Assembly (NCBI RefSeq): GCF_030684315.1
Contig: NC_081371.1
Span: 21,571,440 to 21,635,439 of the forward strand
Length of the DNA: 64,000 bases
Reading direction: 5' to 3'
Source: Stegostoma tigrinum
Taxonomy: Eukaryota
The notes under the pieces are model-generated. The model was not told the DNA's origin. It saw only the letters and a list, made by a program, of their open reading frames with translations, and made no database searches. Shown in pieces: positions 23,022 to 36,767 of the stretch (position 1 is the first letter of the stretch; each line of letters begins with the position of its first letter). Both the position numbers and the translations under genes were made by a program.

Positions 23022-26000
23022 CTTTTTATTCCTTCGTGGGATGTGGGTGTCAACTGTCCCTCATTACCCTAGAGAGGGCGATGGTGACCTGCCTTCTTGA
23101 ATTGCTGCAGTTCACCTGCTGTGGATTGACTCACAATGTCCTTAGGGAGAGAATTCTATGATTTTGACCAAGCGACAGTGAAGGAACAGTGATTATACTT
23201 GCAAGTCAGGAAGGTAAGTGGGAGGGAACTTGTAGGTGGTGGTGTTCCCATGTATCTACTGCCCTTGTTTTTCTAGGTGGAAGTAATTGTGGGTTTGGAA
23301 GATGCTGTCTGAGGATCTTTGGTAAATTTCTGAAGTATATCTTGTAAATAATACACACTGCTGTGCTGAGCATTGGTGCTGGAGGGAGTAGATGCTTGTG
23401 GATGTAGTGCCAATCAAGCAGGATACTTTGTCCTGGATGGTATCAAGCTTCTTGAATGTTGTTGGGGCTGCACCCATCCAGGCAAGTGGGGAGTATTCCA
23501 TCACATTCCTGACTTGTGCCTTGTAGATGGTGGACAGGCTTTGAGGAGTCAGAAGTGAGCTTTTCGCTACTGTATACCTAGCCTCTGCTCTGCTCTGCTC
23601 TGCTCTTATAGCCACTATGTTTATGTGGCAAGTTGAGTAGAGTTTATATGCAATGCTAAACTCAACAAGATTGATAGAGGAGGATTCAGTGGTGGGAACA
23701 CCATTGAATGTGAAATGGTGGTAGGTAGATTGTGTCTGATTCTTATTCATTGTTCAAACATTGGCAAGCAACCCCTCTTCTGATATCGTGATGGAGGAAA
23801 GGTCGTTGATGAAGCAGCTAAAGGTGGTTAGGCCTAGGACACTACCCTGAGGAACTCCTGCAGGGATGTCCTGGAGCTGAGATGACTGACATCCAACAGG
23901 TATGTGCCAAGTATGACTCGAACCAGTGGACAGTTTGACCCGATTCCCATTGATTCCAGTTTTGCTAGGGCTCCTTGATGCCACACTCAGTAAAATGCAG
24001 CCTTGATGTCAAGAAGTGTCACTCTCGCCTCACCTCTGGAATTCATCTCTTTTGTCCATGTTTGAACCAGAGCTGTAATGAGGTCAGGAGCTGAGTTGCT
24101 CTGGAAGAACCCAAACATCACTGGGCAGATGCTACTTGATAGCTTCATTGATGACACCTTCCATCACCTTTACTGGTAGTTGAGAATAGACTGGTGAGGC
24201 CAGGTTGGATTTGTCCTGCTTTTTGAGGACAGGGCATACCTGGGCAATTTTTCACATTGTGGGTAGACGCCAGTACACTGGAAGAGCTTGACTAGGGGAG
24301 CGGCAGGTTCTACAACACATGTCAGAATATTGTCAGAGCCATAGTCTTTGTGCTGTCCTGTCCAACAAGTACTTCTTTCTAGAATGAGGAGTGAATCAAA
24401 TTGGCTGAAGACTGGTATCAGTATTTTGTTTCTATTTATTGTGGGATGTGGGCATCACTGGCTGGCCAGCCTTTCTTGCCCATCCCTGGTTTCCCTTGAG
24501 AAGGTGGTGGTGAGCTGCCTTCTTGAACCACTGCAACCCACCTGCTGTAGGTTGACCCACAATGCGATTTGGCTGAAAATTCCATGATTTTGACCCAGTG
24601 ACAGTGAAGGAATGGTCATATATTTCCAAGTCAGAATGACGAGTGGCTTGGAGGGGAACTTGGAGGTGGTGGTGTTCCCATATGTCTGATGCCCCTGACG
24701 TTCCAGATGGAAATGGTTGTGGGCTTGGAAGGTGCTGTCTGAGGACCATTTGAGGAGGCCACGATTGATCATCCATTCAGTACTTCTAGCTGACGATTGC
24801 TGCACGTCATTTAGCCTTATCTTTTGCACTGATGTTCTGGGCTCTTTGATCATTGAAATTGCAGGTATTTGTGGAGTCTCCTCCTCCAGTGAGTTGTTTA
24901 ATTGTCCATCACCATTCATGACTGGATGTGGCAAGGGCTTAGATTTGCTGAGCTTAGATCTGATCCGATGGTTATTAGCTCACTTAACTCCATCCTTTAC
25001 TTGCTGCTTATGCTGTTTGGCATGCAATTAGTACCGTTTGGTATCTTCACAAGATTGACATCTCATTTTTAGGTATGTCTGGTGCTGCACTTGGTATCTC
25101 CTCCTACACTCTCCATTGAACCAGAGTTGATTCCCTGGCTTGACGGTAATGGTTGAGTGGAGAACATGTCGAGCCATGAGGTTACGGACTGCGCTGGAGT
25201 ACAGTTCTGCTGCTGTTGATGGCTCATAGTGCCTCATAGATGCCCAGTCTTGAGTTGCTAGATTTGAGTGGTCTGTCCTATTTAGCATTGTGATAGTGCA
25301 ACAGAAGACAATGGAGGTGATTCTCAATGTGAAGGTGGCACTTCATCTCCACAGGGACTCTTAGCTGGTCACTCTTACTGATACTATCATGGACAGATGC
25401 ATCTGCAACCAGCAGATTAGTAACAATGAGGTCAAGTACATTTTTCCCTCTTGTTGGTTCCCTCACCACCTGCCACAGACCCAGTCTACCAGCTATATCC
25501 TTTAGGACCCAACCACCTTGATCAGTAGTGCTGCTGCTGAGACACTCTTGGTGGTGGACTTTGAAATCCCCCACCCAGGGTACATGTTGTACCCTTGTCA
25601 CCCTCGGTGCTTACTCTACGTGCTGTTCAATATGGAGGAGTACCAATTTGTCAGCTGTGGGAGGATGGTTTGGGGTAATCAGGTTTCCTTGCCCATGATT
25701 AACCTGATGCCATGAGACTTCATAAGGTCCAGAGTCAATGTTGAGGACTCCCAGGGCAACTCCATCCCGACTGTATACCACTGTGCTATCACCTCTGCTG
25801 GGTCTGTCCTGCCGGTAGGACAAGACATATCCAGGGATGGTGATGTGATGTCGGGGACATTGTCTGTAAGGTATAATTTCATAACTATGACAATGTCAGT
25901 CTGTTGCTTGACTAGTCTGTGAGACAGCTCTTCCAATTTTGGCACTAGCCCCCTGATGTTAGTCAGTAGAACTTTGCAGGGTCGACAGGGCTGTTTCTGC

Positions 26001-26378
26001 TGTTGTTTTTTCCAGAGCCTGGATCTATGCCAGGTGGTCCGTATGGTTTTATTTCTTTGAGACTTCATAGCGATTTGTACAACTAAGTGGCTTGCTGGGA
26101 CATTAAGAGTCAACCACATTGCTGTGGGTTTGGAGTCACATGGGGTCAGACCAGGTGAGAATGGGCTGATTTCCTTCCCAGAAGGTCATGACTGAGCCAG
26201 ATGGGTGTTTCGACACCTGGCAATGGTTTCATGTCTTCAGTAGATTCTTAATTCCATATGATGTTTCTTAAATTCACATTCAAACATATGCTATGGTGGG
26301 ATTTAGATCTTGGTCCCCAGAACATTAGATGAGTTTCTGAATGAATGGTGTGGCAAAAATATCAGTAGGCCATTGTCC
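23022..26378 (-). mobile_element. Near-full-length decayed CR1-group (Zenon-like) LINE, APE endonuclease plus RT, no visible ORF1
   Basis: In order on the minus strand: APE motifs LLTNIRGL..KLEEL, WVGDFKVHH, EPTRGKNVLDLIVTN..SDQ; RT motif GVPQGSVLGLTTFSCFINDL; C-terminal IYKAQVRNVMEYSPLAW. Confidence 0.85.
24425..24745 (-). mobile_element. 3'-end fragment of the same LINE family nested inside the LINE
   Basis: 24435-24745 repeats 23025-23315 (gtgggatgtggg...ggtggtggtgttcccat...ttggaaggtgctgtctgagga) and sits between the APE and RT regions. Confidence 0.75.
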
Positions 26379-26479
26379 ATCCCTCCACCCTCACTGAGGA
26401 ATTACATTGCTAGATGTAATTGGTGGGTGTTGAATTATTTTTCCTCAGACCTGAGTGTAGCTCAGTACCCCATATTTCC

Positions 26480-26770
26480 CTTGAGCTAAGTGGCTTGCTA
26501 GGCCATTTCAAAGGGCAGTAAAGAATGAAACACTTAGCTGTGGGTCTGGAATCACATGTGGGCCAGATGGATCAAGGTGAACCAGGTGGGTTTTTACAAC
26601 AATGGATGATACTTATTATGGTCACCATTACTCCTTTTACTTTATAGATTTATTTCTTAAATTGAATTCCACCAATGTCATGGTGAGATTTGAGTCCAAG
26701 TCCCAAAGTATTAGTTTGGGGGCTGGGTTATTTGTCCAGTGGCATTACTATTTTAGCACCATCTCCCCAT
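26480..26770 (-). mobile_element. Second copy of the LINE/SINE 5' head (tRNA-like)
   Basis: ctaagtggcttgctaggccatt and gctgtgggtctggaatcacatg match 26083-26145. Confidence 0.65.
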
Positions 26771-26799
26771 TTCTCTGCAAACGATGTGTACTCCAGCTG

Positions 26800-26976
26800 A
26801 GCAGAATCTCAGGAGCACAAAAGCTGACGTTTTGGGCCTAGACCCTTCATCAGAGAGGTGTCTAGGCCCGAAACGTCAGCTTTTGTGCTCCTGAGATGCT
26901 GCTGGGCCTGCTGTATTCATCCAGCCTCACATTTTATTATCTTGGATTCTCCAGCATCTGCAGTTCCCATTATCAC
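26800..26976. mobile_element. Short PLE hairpin insertion (subfamily B)
   Basis: Inverted arms ~26800-26845 and ~26858-26903. Hammerhead motif on minus at 26826-26853 with one core mutation. 13-bp TSD tgtactccagctg at 26787-26799 and 26977-26989. Confidence 0.88.
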
Positions 26977-28449
26977 TGTACTCCAGCTGTACTGGTTCCT
27001 GATTAGGGAAGAGGCCATATCATATGAAAGATCTTTAAAGGTTACTCTTGGTCCATTTGATGTCCAGGACAAGTTTCAACTGACTAAGGGGTCAGAGAGG
27101 ACTTCCCCATTATCCTGACCCTGAGTTTTTACTTTTTGACATTCTTTGGAGATCAGATGGTCTGGGTGTGAGTTGGGTGAGATAATATTGTATCAGTGGA
27201 GACATAGGAGACATGAGAAAGAATGTAACCCTTATGGTCCAGCATCTTGTTTTGGCACAGGATTGATCAGCCTGCTGGTTGTATCTGTCAATTTTGTTCG
27301 CATATAGTTACAGCGCCAGTCAGAAATACTCTTCCAACGCTGTCTTGAAAGAATAACTACCTGGGTTTCAGTCTCATACCCACAAAGACACAGTAGTTAT
27401 CGCATATGCTGTTATAGTACGAGGTTGTCATTGATCTGTCATTCCCCTCTTAAGAAGAATAAAACGTAGAAAATTAATTGTTAATTTGGGAAAATAAAGT
27501 GGATGTTCAAGGTGTAAAATATTAATTTTTGCTTATTGACTTCATGATTTTGCTCTACTTTAGCTTCAGATCTCTTCGTTCCAATTTCACAATTGTGGCT
27601 GTCTGAATTTTCCCCCTTATACATGGCTTTGATCCTCCCTCTCCACATGGTTCTCTTTGTTCCCAGTCAGGCTTGACTTGTTCAGTATGTCTGCAGATGT
27701 CTGTTTGCCTGACACTCCCAGCTGTCAAACATTAAGGCTTGAATTCAGCATTTCTTCCTTTCCTTCACTAGAAAGTTAAGCAAATTCGAGACAGGATAGA
27801 GCTATTTCAGCCTCCAAGGATAAATAAAAGTTCTCTCTTGATATTGTACTCATAGTCTAATATTGTTTAAAGTGTGTTTTTTTGTGTTTTTGGATTATAA
27901 AGAACCTCTTGAACAAGTTTCCAGGACCCAATTTATATACATTAATACCAAAATTCAACCTACATTTAGGAACATAAATCATTATCAAGCTGCAAGCCTA
28001 ATCAGTGCTATTTTTAACTAGCACTCAGCTCTTTCCCCTCCTCTTGAGATTTAGGTTTCATTGCTAGTATCAGTTTTGAGCAAGTACCAGCATAAACTGA
28101 AGATGGAGCTGCAAAAGTTTCTCCACGTTTAGATCTTTATAACTATCTTGACAGAGTCTGCCAATCTTTCTAATTGCTGGATAAATCCTGCAGAGTCATT
28201 ATGCAGGTTCATCAATTTCTTCAGCCAATAGGACAAAAAACATCATCTTTGCTCACTGATCCAGATGATGCATTTAACCTAGCTGAACAGGAGTAAATAA
28301 ACAGTTCAAATTTTAGCACTGGATTAACTTGGAATAGAATTTGCATCATGATTAACTATGAATGTAAAAGCAAATAATCAAACATTGTGAATCTAGATAT
28401 CGTCATGAACTGCAGAGACCACATCAAATACTAATTTAAGTGAAACAAT

Positions 28450-28720
28450 TTCAGTATCAACTTGCATTTATTTGCAGCTTGAACATAAGAAAATGTCCCA
28501 AGCCACTTCACATAAGCATTAGAAGATGAAATTTGACACTGCAGTACATGAGGTGATAGTAGAGCAGGTAGCCCAAAGCTTGGTCAAAGAAATACATGTT
28601 AAGGAGCAGTAAAAGGAATCTGAGAGGTAAAAATTAAAGGCGAATAGGTATAGGGACAGAATTTCAGGGCTTAGGCCCTAGATAGCTAAAGATAGCCACT
28701 AATCATGGAGCAGTTAAAAG
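28450..28720 (-). mobile_element. L2 LINE 3' end
   Basis: Parallels 58820-59070 (cacttcaca..agcatta...tttgacactg...agggacagaatttcagggcttaggccctaga). Confidence 0.6.
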
Positions 28721-29182
28721 CTTCAGGGCTTTGGAGAAGAAAACCATCATTCAAGAATCTTGCTCAACATTTCTCGCCAGTGGTTCCTGTTGATAAATGA
28801 ATATACGTTGGGTCCATGCATGACATTTCATTATTTAAGGCCAAATAACAATTGGCACTTGTCAGGATACTAAATAGTTGCCAGTCTCAGGAATTATCCC
28901 CAATCAAGTGTCAGCATTCTTGACAAGGGAAAGGGAAAACTGACTTGTCATTAATTGTGTTCTGTAAAGATTGTGATGCTACTGTCTTGGCTTTAAACAG
29001 AATGAAATATATCTTTGTAAACCATAAATTGTTATGTTCTGCAAATGCATTGGTGCATTCCCATGTCTTAAAGGCACACTTGGAATTTATATGTTTGAGG
29101 TGAATATTTAGAAATGAAGACAGCAAAAGACAGCAAAACCCACGAGTGGTCCAGCATTATTATATTGGAAAATCAGTTAATC

Positions 29183-29700
29183 TGGGTTGAATTCTACCAG
29201 AAATTGATTGTCAATTTTGGCAAGTCTCACGGCGGGTTTTTCTCCACAAGCCCCAGTGGGTTTTTGCATGCTATCTTCACAAATTTGCCTCATTACCCAT
29301 GCACCATGCTCCTCTAATGCCCCACTCATTCTCCCACTTGCCACACATTGGCACTTCCTGGGATTTCTGACAGCAGCATATCTTTAATGTCCACCTGCAT
29401 ACCTGGTCAAGTGCTAGCAGCCCACAGCTGCCCTGCATGGTTCTTGTCAATTTCCCCAGACATGACAGAGGGAAATATGCACCTTGTTTGATTGACAGGG
29501 ACCTGGAGGTTTTGGTGGATCGGGTTATGTGTGATTACTGCCAATGGAGATTTCCCTGAGGTGCTAGTGCCCAATGTCCAAGATGGAGGGCTGGAGGAGC
29601 AAGTACCAAGCTGGACTTGCCAGGTTACTGTTCTGACTTTAATGTCAGAATTGTTGCTGTCTAGTTTCTGGGTTGGAGAATCTAATCTGCAAATCGCTAC
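29183..29700 (+). mobile_element. Possible PIF/Harbinger DNA transposon remnant
   Basis: gggttgaattct TIR-like start; 29479-29526 translates APCLIDRDLEVLVDRV, like the N-terminus of Harbinger Myb/SANT proteins. Confidence 0.4.
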
Positions 29701-32700
29701 GGTGAGATGATGTAATAAACAGAATGTTAATGGATACTAATGCATGTATATTGGCCTCTCAACCCTCATTGGTGAGATTCATGCCTCATTGTTCAGTACC
29801 TCATTGGAAACTGGGACATTTTGCTCTTTATGTTGGGAATCTCTTTACTGCCCATCTCACAATTTTCCCAACTTTGTCACTAACACCCATGTTAATCAGT
29901 GGTTAGGAAAGTTCCATCCTCCATCTCCAATTCCTTGTGGATTATCCAGGGTTACCTTGTCTCCGACTCTTACAGCTACCTTAACTCCGATTCAGTCATA
30001 GTCTTTGCTGTACAACTCTAAATATTACAGTTGCTTTACTTCGAGTATACTATACTCCAAATTTATTTTCATTCACAAACTACTGACACCAAGTACCATG
30101 TATCACTGTACCACTAAATAAGTGACTTCTGAGACATTAAGATATTTACAAATTACTGAGAATACTCAATACTTGTATGGCTAACTCAATTTTCCTGTTT
30201 GCTAATTTTAATGCTTATGTTTAATGTAGAACAGTACATAAAGCAGGAAATGCTATTTTATTTTAACTATTTTTATGAAAATGGGAAAAACTGTCCGTAA
30301 TTATTGTATATTGACTCACTCAATTAGCTAACCTCCATTATGAATGAACAAGCTCCTCATTGCATCTCCCATCTGGTTAAACTCAGAAATTTTTCCAAGT
30401 CATCCTAGTGACCTTATGGTGATAAAGTTACTGACTCACATTGGGAACATCACACTTACTGAAAATGCTTCAACCTCATGTTCTATATTTTATAGTAAGC
30501 ACACCCTATTTAGATCCTATTTATTTGGACCTGTGCTTTGATTTATAGATCATGAAATAACCATTCACTAGGTAATAACTGGTTATACATGAACCCAAGT
30601 TCACAGACTATGGTGACAATCTCTAATGATAATTAGACACAGCCCAAAAATGTGATATGGAGATTGAAATTTCACAATTAATCCAATATTTATTTTGTTG
30701 GCTGCTGATTAATTTATGTTTATTTGAACCATTAGACCTGCAGCTACACTGTTGCTTTTTTCCTTCCAATACAATGAACAGTCTATTAACAAAACCTACC
30801 ATATAAACCTAATAGTGGCTGTGAGGTTACTAGGCTTTTCCCTCTTCCTCTTCATTCACGCCTACTTTTGAAACTGGTCCCTGTTCTTCAGTCTCTCCCT
30901 ATCTCGGCACTGTGGAATGGGAACATAAGCAATCCTAAATGCAGTGTCCTTTGTATTGAACTTCCCTAAAAGGAACTTTCCTGACAATCCTACCTCATGT
31001 TATTCAGTACTACAATATAGTGGTATACCAACATTCTGTCTTGTCTTGATTACGCTTTGTCAGTGTTCAGTATAATCTTCAAGCAGAAGATCCTTTGTGA
31101 AGACCACAATCTTTAGTCTTTAAATTTGTTATTCAAAAAAATAGATGTCTTTAGTGGCTCAATTATGTAGTTCTGACAATATCCCTTTAAATAGCAAAAA
31201 CTTTCATCCAAATATCTGGGTCAAAAAGTTTATATTTATTTCATAGAAGTTTATTTTAATTGTCAACTTAATATTTCTTCCGAACTACTATTCAGGCCAA
31301 AGAGTTTTTAAAAAAATGTGCCAACTTCCTAGTTGTCAGTCTCTCCAATTAGAGCAGATAAATGATTCAAAACCTAACCTAATTATTATTGAAATTGCCA
31401 ATGATTATTTAACACCTGGGAGACTGGTGCCCTTTAATTTTAAGCAAATAGAAAAGATTCATCCTCAGTAAGATTTGACATGTTGATTTTCAACCTAACA
31501 ACAAAGTTTCTTTCATATCAATAGTGCAATTGGTTCAAGCCATACTAAAAATATTTGGTGGCCATTGATGAAAATTTCTATTACTAAGAAAAGCTGAAAT
31601 TACTATAAAGGCCAAACTACTAAAGTGTGCTTCAAACTAAAATATACTGAATACATGAGAAGTTACACCAAATAAGGTGCATTCTATTAATGTCCATCAA
31701 TTGGAGGTTTAATGTGGATCCAGGACAAATCTATTATGTGCAAACATTTATTATCTAAATGTACATAGAATGCTGATCATAATTTGATATTATCACTCCA
31801 GTAAAACATGAGAATATTATTGCGTTGCACCTTAACATTTAATAAATGGAATGTCAGCCCTAATGTGATGCAAATGCCAAAAAGTGAAATAACTCCAAAC
31901 AGGTTTATTTCCAGTGTCAAGGAATACCATGAAGTAATAATATGTATGAATAAAAGCATGTAGTTAACACCTGAATCTAGATGTCTATAAAATATGGAAA
32001 CTATGCTTCTGTTGTTTTGAGATTATTTGGCAAAAAGACTAAGATACCTTGCGCATTTATGTCCATACATCATTTGACAAATGACAGGGATTAATTGATC
32101 AAGGTGTGAAAGTGGTTAAGACTAAAAAGCCTGAATTGTTACTTTGTGACAAGTAAGCATGGAAGCCACTTCATATTTAAGCCACTTCAAATGGGGATGG
32201 ACTTCAGTGGTAAGAAACATCACCATCCTTTTGTTTACCTTCTAACACCACTAATACGGTGGACAAAACAATTGAACAAGATCACCAAAGTAACTTCAGC
32301 ATTTCATTATTCAATGCAGACAGCACATGTAATATAAGATGATGTCCATACGGACAACAGAACATGACCTTTACTGGTTCATGTGCGTGCAAAGTGATGC
32401 ACAAAGACTATGGCAGTGCCTCACAAACTATTTTCCAATGTGACCTCATTTTAATTCACAAGCTCCTTCTCAAGGGCAATTAGGGATGGTCAAAAATGGT
32501 TCTGCTGTCCAGCAATACTGACATCCCATGAATAAATATATAAATATACATATTTTAAAAATCTATAAGTTAATGTAAACAAGATGTCAGCAAAGCTAAA
32601 CAGCTGTAAAATGGCAATATTTAGTATATCATTTGAGAATCACATTTTATGAATCAACGTTAGATATTAATAGGAAAATGATTTTTTAAAAAAGTTCTTT

Positions 32701-35700
32701 GTAGAAAGGCTATTGTTTAATATATTCATGTAGGTTTTCAGTGATCTCCCCACATTTCCAGATGACAGAAGACTTGACAAAACTCCTGTCCCACATGTGC
32801 GTTATAATTCATTTCATTTTTCTCCCTCTACTTCACACAAATTCTTCCTATTCCCCTCAACCCCCATTCACTCAATAGTTCCCCTTCCCAAACCATTTGC
32901 TGCTACTCACTGGAGGCATTCCTCTTTGAAATTCCCTCCACGCTACTGGCCAAGGAGTTCCTCTTCCCAACTTTCTGTACCCAATAACTCAAGTCCATCT
33001 TCCCAAATCTCGTCCTGTCCATCCATCTCATCATATCCTCCTTCCCCACTCCCCCCAAACTCACTAGGCAACCTGGTCTTTCCAGTAGTCTAACAGCAAC
33101 ACCAAACCATCCTGAGCCCACAGACCTCTTCCTAGTCAAGCTAACATGATTGAAAAGTTTTTCTGATTCAATCCAGGTGTGGCTGCACTGCTAAATCCTG
33201 CATGCCAAACCCCAAGATGACTTGTGGTCCCCTGTTCCTCCTACAACCACCGAAACTTGGTCTCTGCTGCTCCCGCTCCCCACGGTTACCAGTCTGAATC
33301 CCACAGAAGGTCAGGTTCTATTGCTTCTTCCCACTGCCTGCTATTTGCCATCAACTGGGCAACAGAAGAGCATTTACTGTTGGTGGGATGATTGACAGTA
33401 ACCAGGACAACGCTTGTGGAAGGCTGGGTGGCAGTAGTGGGGTTTGGTCGTAGGCAACAATGGGGCTCCCCACATTTGGGCCCTGACTTTGGACATCAAC
33501 TGAAAGCATGCAAGATTGGAGTTGAATGCATGCACCAACAACCTTGGAGAGGCAGAGATCAAAAATTATTTCCAAGAAAAGAATATCATGTTCAGGCAGA
33601 ATGAAAATCTGCCAAAAGGCAGAATTTTCTCATCCCTGGTATTATAACATGGAAAGAAACAATTTTAATATTCATGTATTTCATTCAGAAAAGAATTTAA
33701 TCTTACCTGGACTTAACTTGTTGGATTAAACAATCATATTCACTTTTGTATAAGACGGCTTTAGAAAGAGAACATACCCTACTTTGGTATTTGCCATCCT
33801 ACTGTTTATAAGTCTCCTGCAATCAAGGTCTAGTATATATCTTTGTCTCTGACTCTATCTTTAGTTAATGAATTTTGGGAAGTTAAGTCCTATATTGCAG
33901 CCTGTGAGTATTTTACATTTCAACCTGGTTGGGTCTGTGGTCATGTCACCCCTTTTGTACATCATTACTTTGGAGTAGCTTTTGTTGTCTACACATTTGT
34001 GGTGTTCTGACCCAAGTGTTTAAAAGCACAGTAGAAGTTTCATTGTGAACCCTCATGAATGGGTTTGCAGAATTATTAATAATCTACTGTTATTTGAGGG
34101 GACAGCATCTTATCATAATAAGGGAAAATGGTGGAATATCTGGAGCTTGTGTGGAGCACAAATTTCTAGCACTGGTTAAGAAATCAGTTGTAGTTTAAAA
34201 AAAAACTACATTTTCTTGTGTTTTGGAAAAGACATTATTTTACCACAATTACCCTCATCTTAAAAAGTGAAGAGTAAAAGTACGATTTTAATTAGATGCA
34301 GTGAATTTGAAATGTGTATTTCTAACGTAGGCACTACAAACTGCAAACAAAACAGATGTCTGATGGAAAATATCAAATGGTTGAACATGAACTTGTGTTT
34401 GAGAATCATGTACACAAATATTCTACTTAATAGCTTTGGATTATATTGATCATCTCTGCTCTGTTTGAATGTTAACATGTTAAGCAGGTTCAGATAGTTC
34501 TCTCACTGGAGGGGCAGGAAGGTAACAGAAATTTAGTCATTTTTAGTTTCCAGAACATGTCATGGGAATATTGAAAAAGTGTAGTGACAGTCAGCCATGT
34601 TCCCTTTCCCCCAAATCATTTCTGCCACTTCTTAAATTTTAATTTCTGACATGGACTATATCTTACGATTGATAAAGTCATGCAATTATCAAATTAAAAT
34701 TCTGGATTTTGTTTTTTTTAATGTTACCTCTCAGCAAACTTAAGTTAAAAGACAAATCCCAAGACAACCTGCTTTTTTGAATAATTTCAGTCCTACTCGA
34801 TGTGATATTGTATAAATACAACTTGTTGTTTAAAAAAAGCTTTACTTATATATTTAAAAACCTCAACCTATGATGGTTAGGGGAAGAGCAGTTGGAAGGC
34901 ACATCACTGAAACTGGATGTATATGCGATAGCGAGGTATTCTGGGTTGCACCCCAAGTGGCAGTCCTAGCAGCTTAAGGCCTCTTCCACCTTAAAAAGAA
35001 AATCAGGGGGAAAAAAAAGCACTGCTTATTAAAAAAATGGCTGAAAAATTCCAGACTGGGCAGACCTCAACAAAACATTTTATTCTGAACAGCCATATTC
35101 TACCAAGAAGCTGTTAAAAGAAAAAAAAAATGCTACTTGTCTGTTGAAAACATTAAAAATATCATTAAATCAACTGTCATGAATTAAAAATTCTGAAAGC
35201 CAGTGTGGAATCGTTAAAATGCTCGTTAGAACTTGGGGGAGGGGCTGGGAGGGAAAATGGTTATTAAAAAAAATTCACACTCACAGAACTATTATATATT
35301 CCCAACCCACTTCTTTTAAAAAAAAACTGCTGCTGAGTTAGTATTGGAGCAGCCTTCTTTTCCGCTTGAAAAGCCGATTAAACGCACTCAGAAATGGACA
35401 AGAATGCTTTTTAAAAAAAACCTCGGGGGCAGGACGAGGATCCTGAGGGAGCTGAACACTAAGCTATTTGGTATGCATGAGCAGGCAAGCAGAAAAGGAG
35501 AGCGCTGTAGCTTTTTAACTTTGCCCAACAATACAGCGCCAGCGTCGGGTTCGCCCAGACCATCAAACTCCCTTTATTCTTACATATTAAAAAAAAAAGC
35601 GACGGGAATCGTCGGGAGGTTTGAGAATACGGTACCCAGTGTAAGGAACAAGGCCATCCGGGTGAAAAGGAAACCTGATCAGACACAGCGAGGCTCCACA

Positions 35701-35837
35701 AAGCTGCCCTCGACTGCATCTCGTCACTGACAACAAGGCGCCATTGGCCCACTTCCACCACCGTACTTTTCGAAATGATCACACACAATGGGGGCACTGA
35801 CACTTTTTTTCCAAAACATACTTCATATTTTCCCGTC

Positions 35838-35843
35838 TTTATT
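35838..35843 (-). terminator. Candidate polyadenylation signal (AATAAA) for FBXL14
   Basis: tttatt on plus, ~925 nt past the stop, in an AU-rich stretch. A second AATAAA lies at 35079-35084. Confidence 0.45.
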
Positions 35844-36767
35844 ATATAAATATCAGCTTTTTAACGTTTACTGTAAGAATATAAAACGTTTAAGTATCAT
35901 TTACAAATTCACATACAGTACAATTCAAATATAGGTTGATCAGCAGGATTTTGTTTTCCTTCAGCAACTAACTGCCTGTCTCTGCATCATGGCCCTGACA
36001 GGCATTCAATCCTCGGGAAATCGATGATTCTTCACTTGACGTGGTCGCCCTATTTAAGGTAGAACAGGCTTTAACCATTGCTAAAAAGACGGGGAAAGTA
36101 AGCTTCCCCCCCATAAACTGTTGTAAATCTCAACCGAAAAGAAAAGCCTGTACAGCTGCCAGATCAAGGCGTCTAGTTTCCAACTTCAGTTCTTTTTTTG
36201 TTTCCTTTGCATAAAACTATAGTTCGGTGGTTTTTGACTTGAGTGCAGCCAAGTCTAAGAAAACCAGCGTCATGTGTGCTTCATAGATTATTTGTAAAAA
36301 TGTTTCCAGCCAACTTTACTTTCATTGAAATATATCTTTGTTTTCTGTCCAAAGGGTAACGCTGTAGACCGACCAGAGGCGGGGAGGGGAAATGTTGCTG
36401 TAAGGACAGATTTTACTGTGAAACTTCTCAATTTCAGGGCACAAAAGAAAACGAGGTAGCCTTGAATGTGTCTATCCGCAATATGCATATTATCAACAGA
36501 ACAAAAAGTATGAACCAAATTCCAGAAACAGTGACCACCGTCAGAATTATTTTTTGTTTTGAAATTGAAAGCCATGTTGAAGGATGGGAATACTGTACTG
36601 CAAATTATTTGATAGCACAGTGTAGAAATTATTTGCCGTGTAAGTTACAACAAAACGAACATCACTTTTTAAAAAGTCATAATTTTTGGAGGAATAAAAA
36701 CAACAGAATACTCCTGTTTTGACAGCAATGGAGGCGATTCTTAAGTGTTTGTTTTAAACAAAATTTT

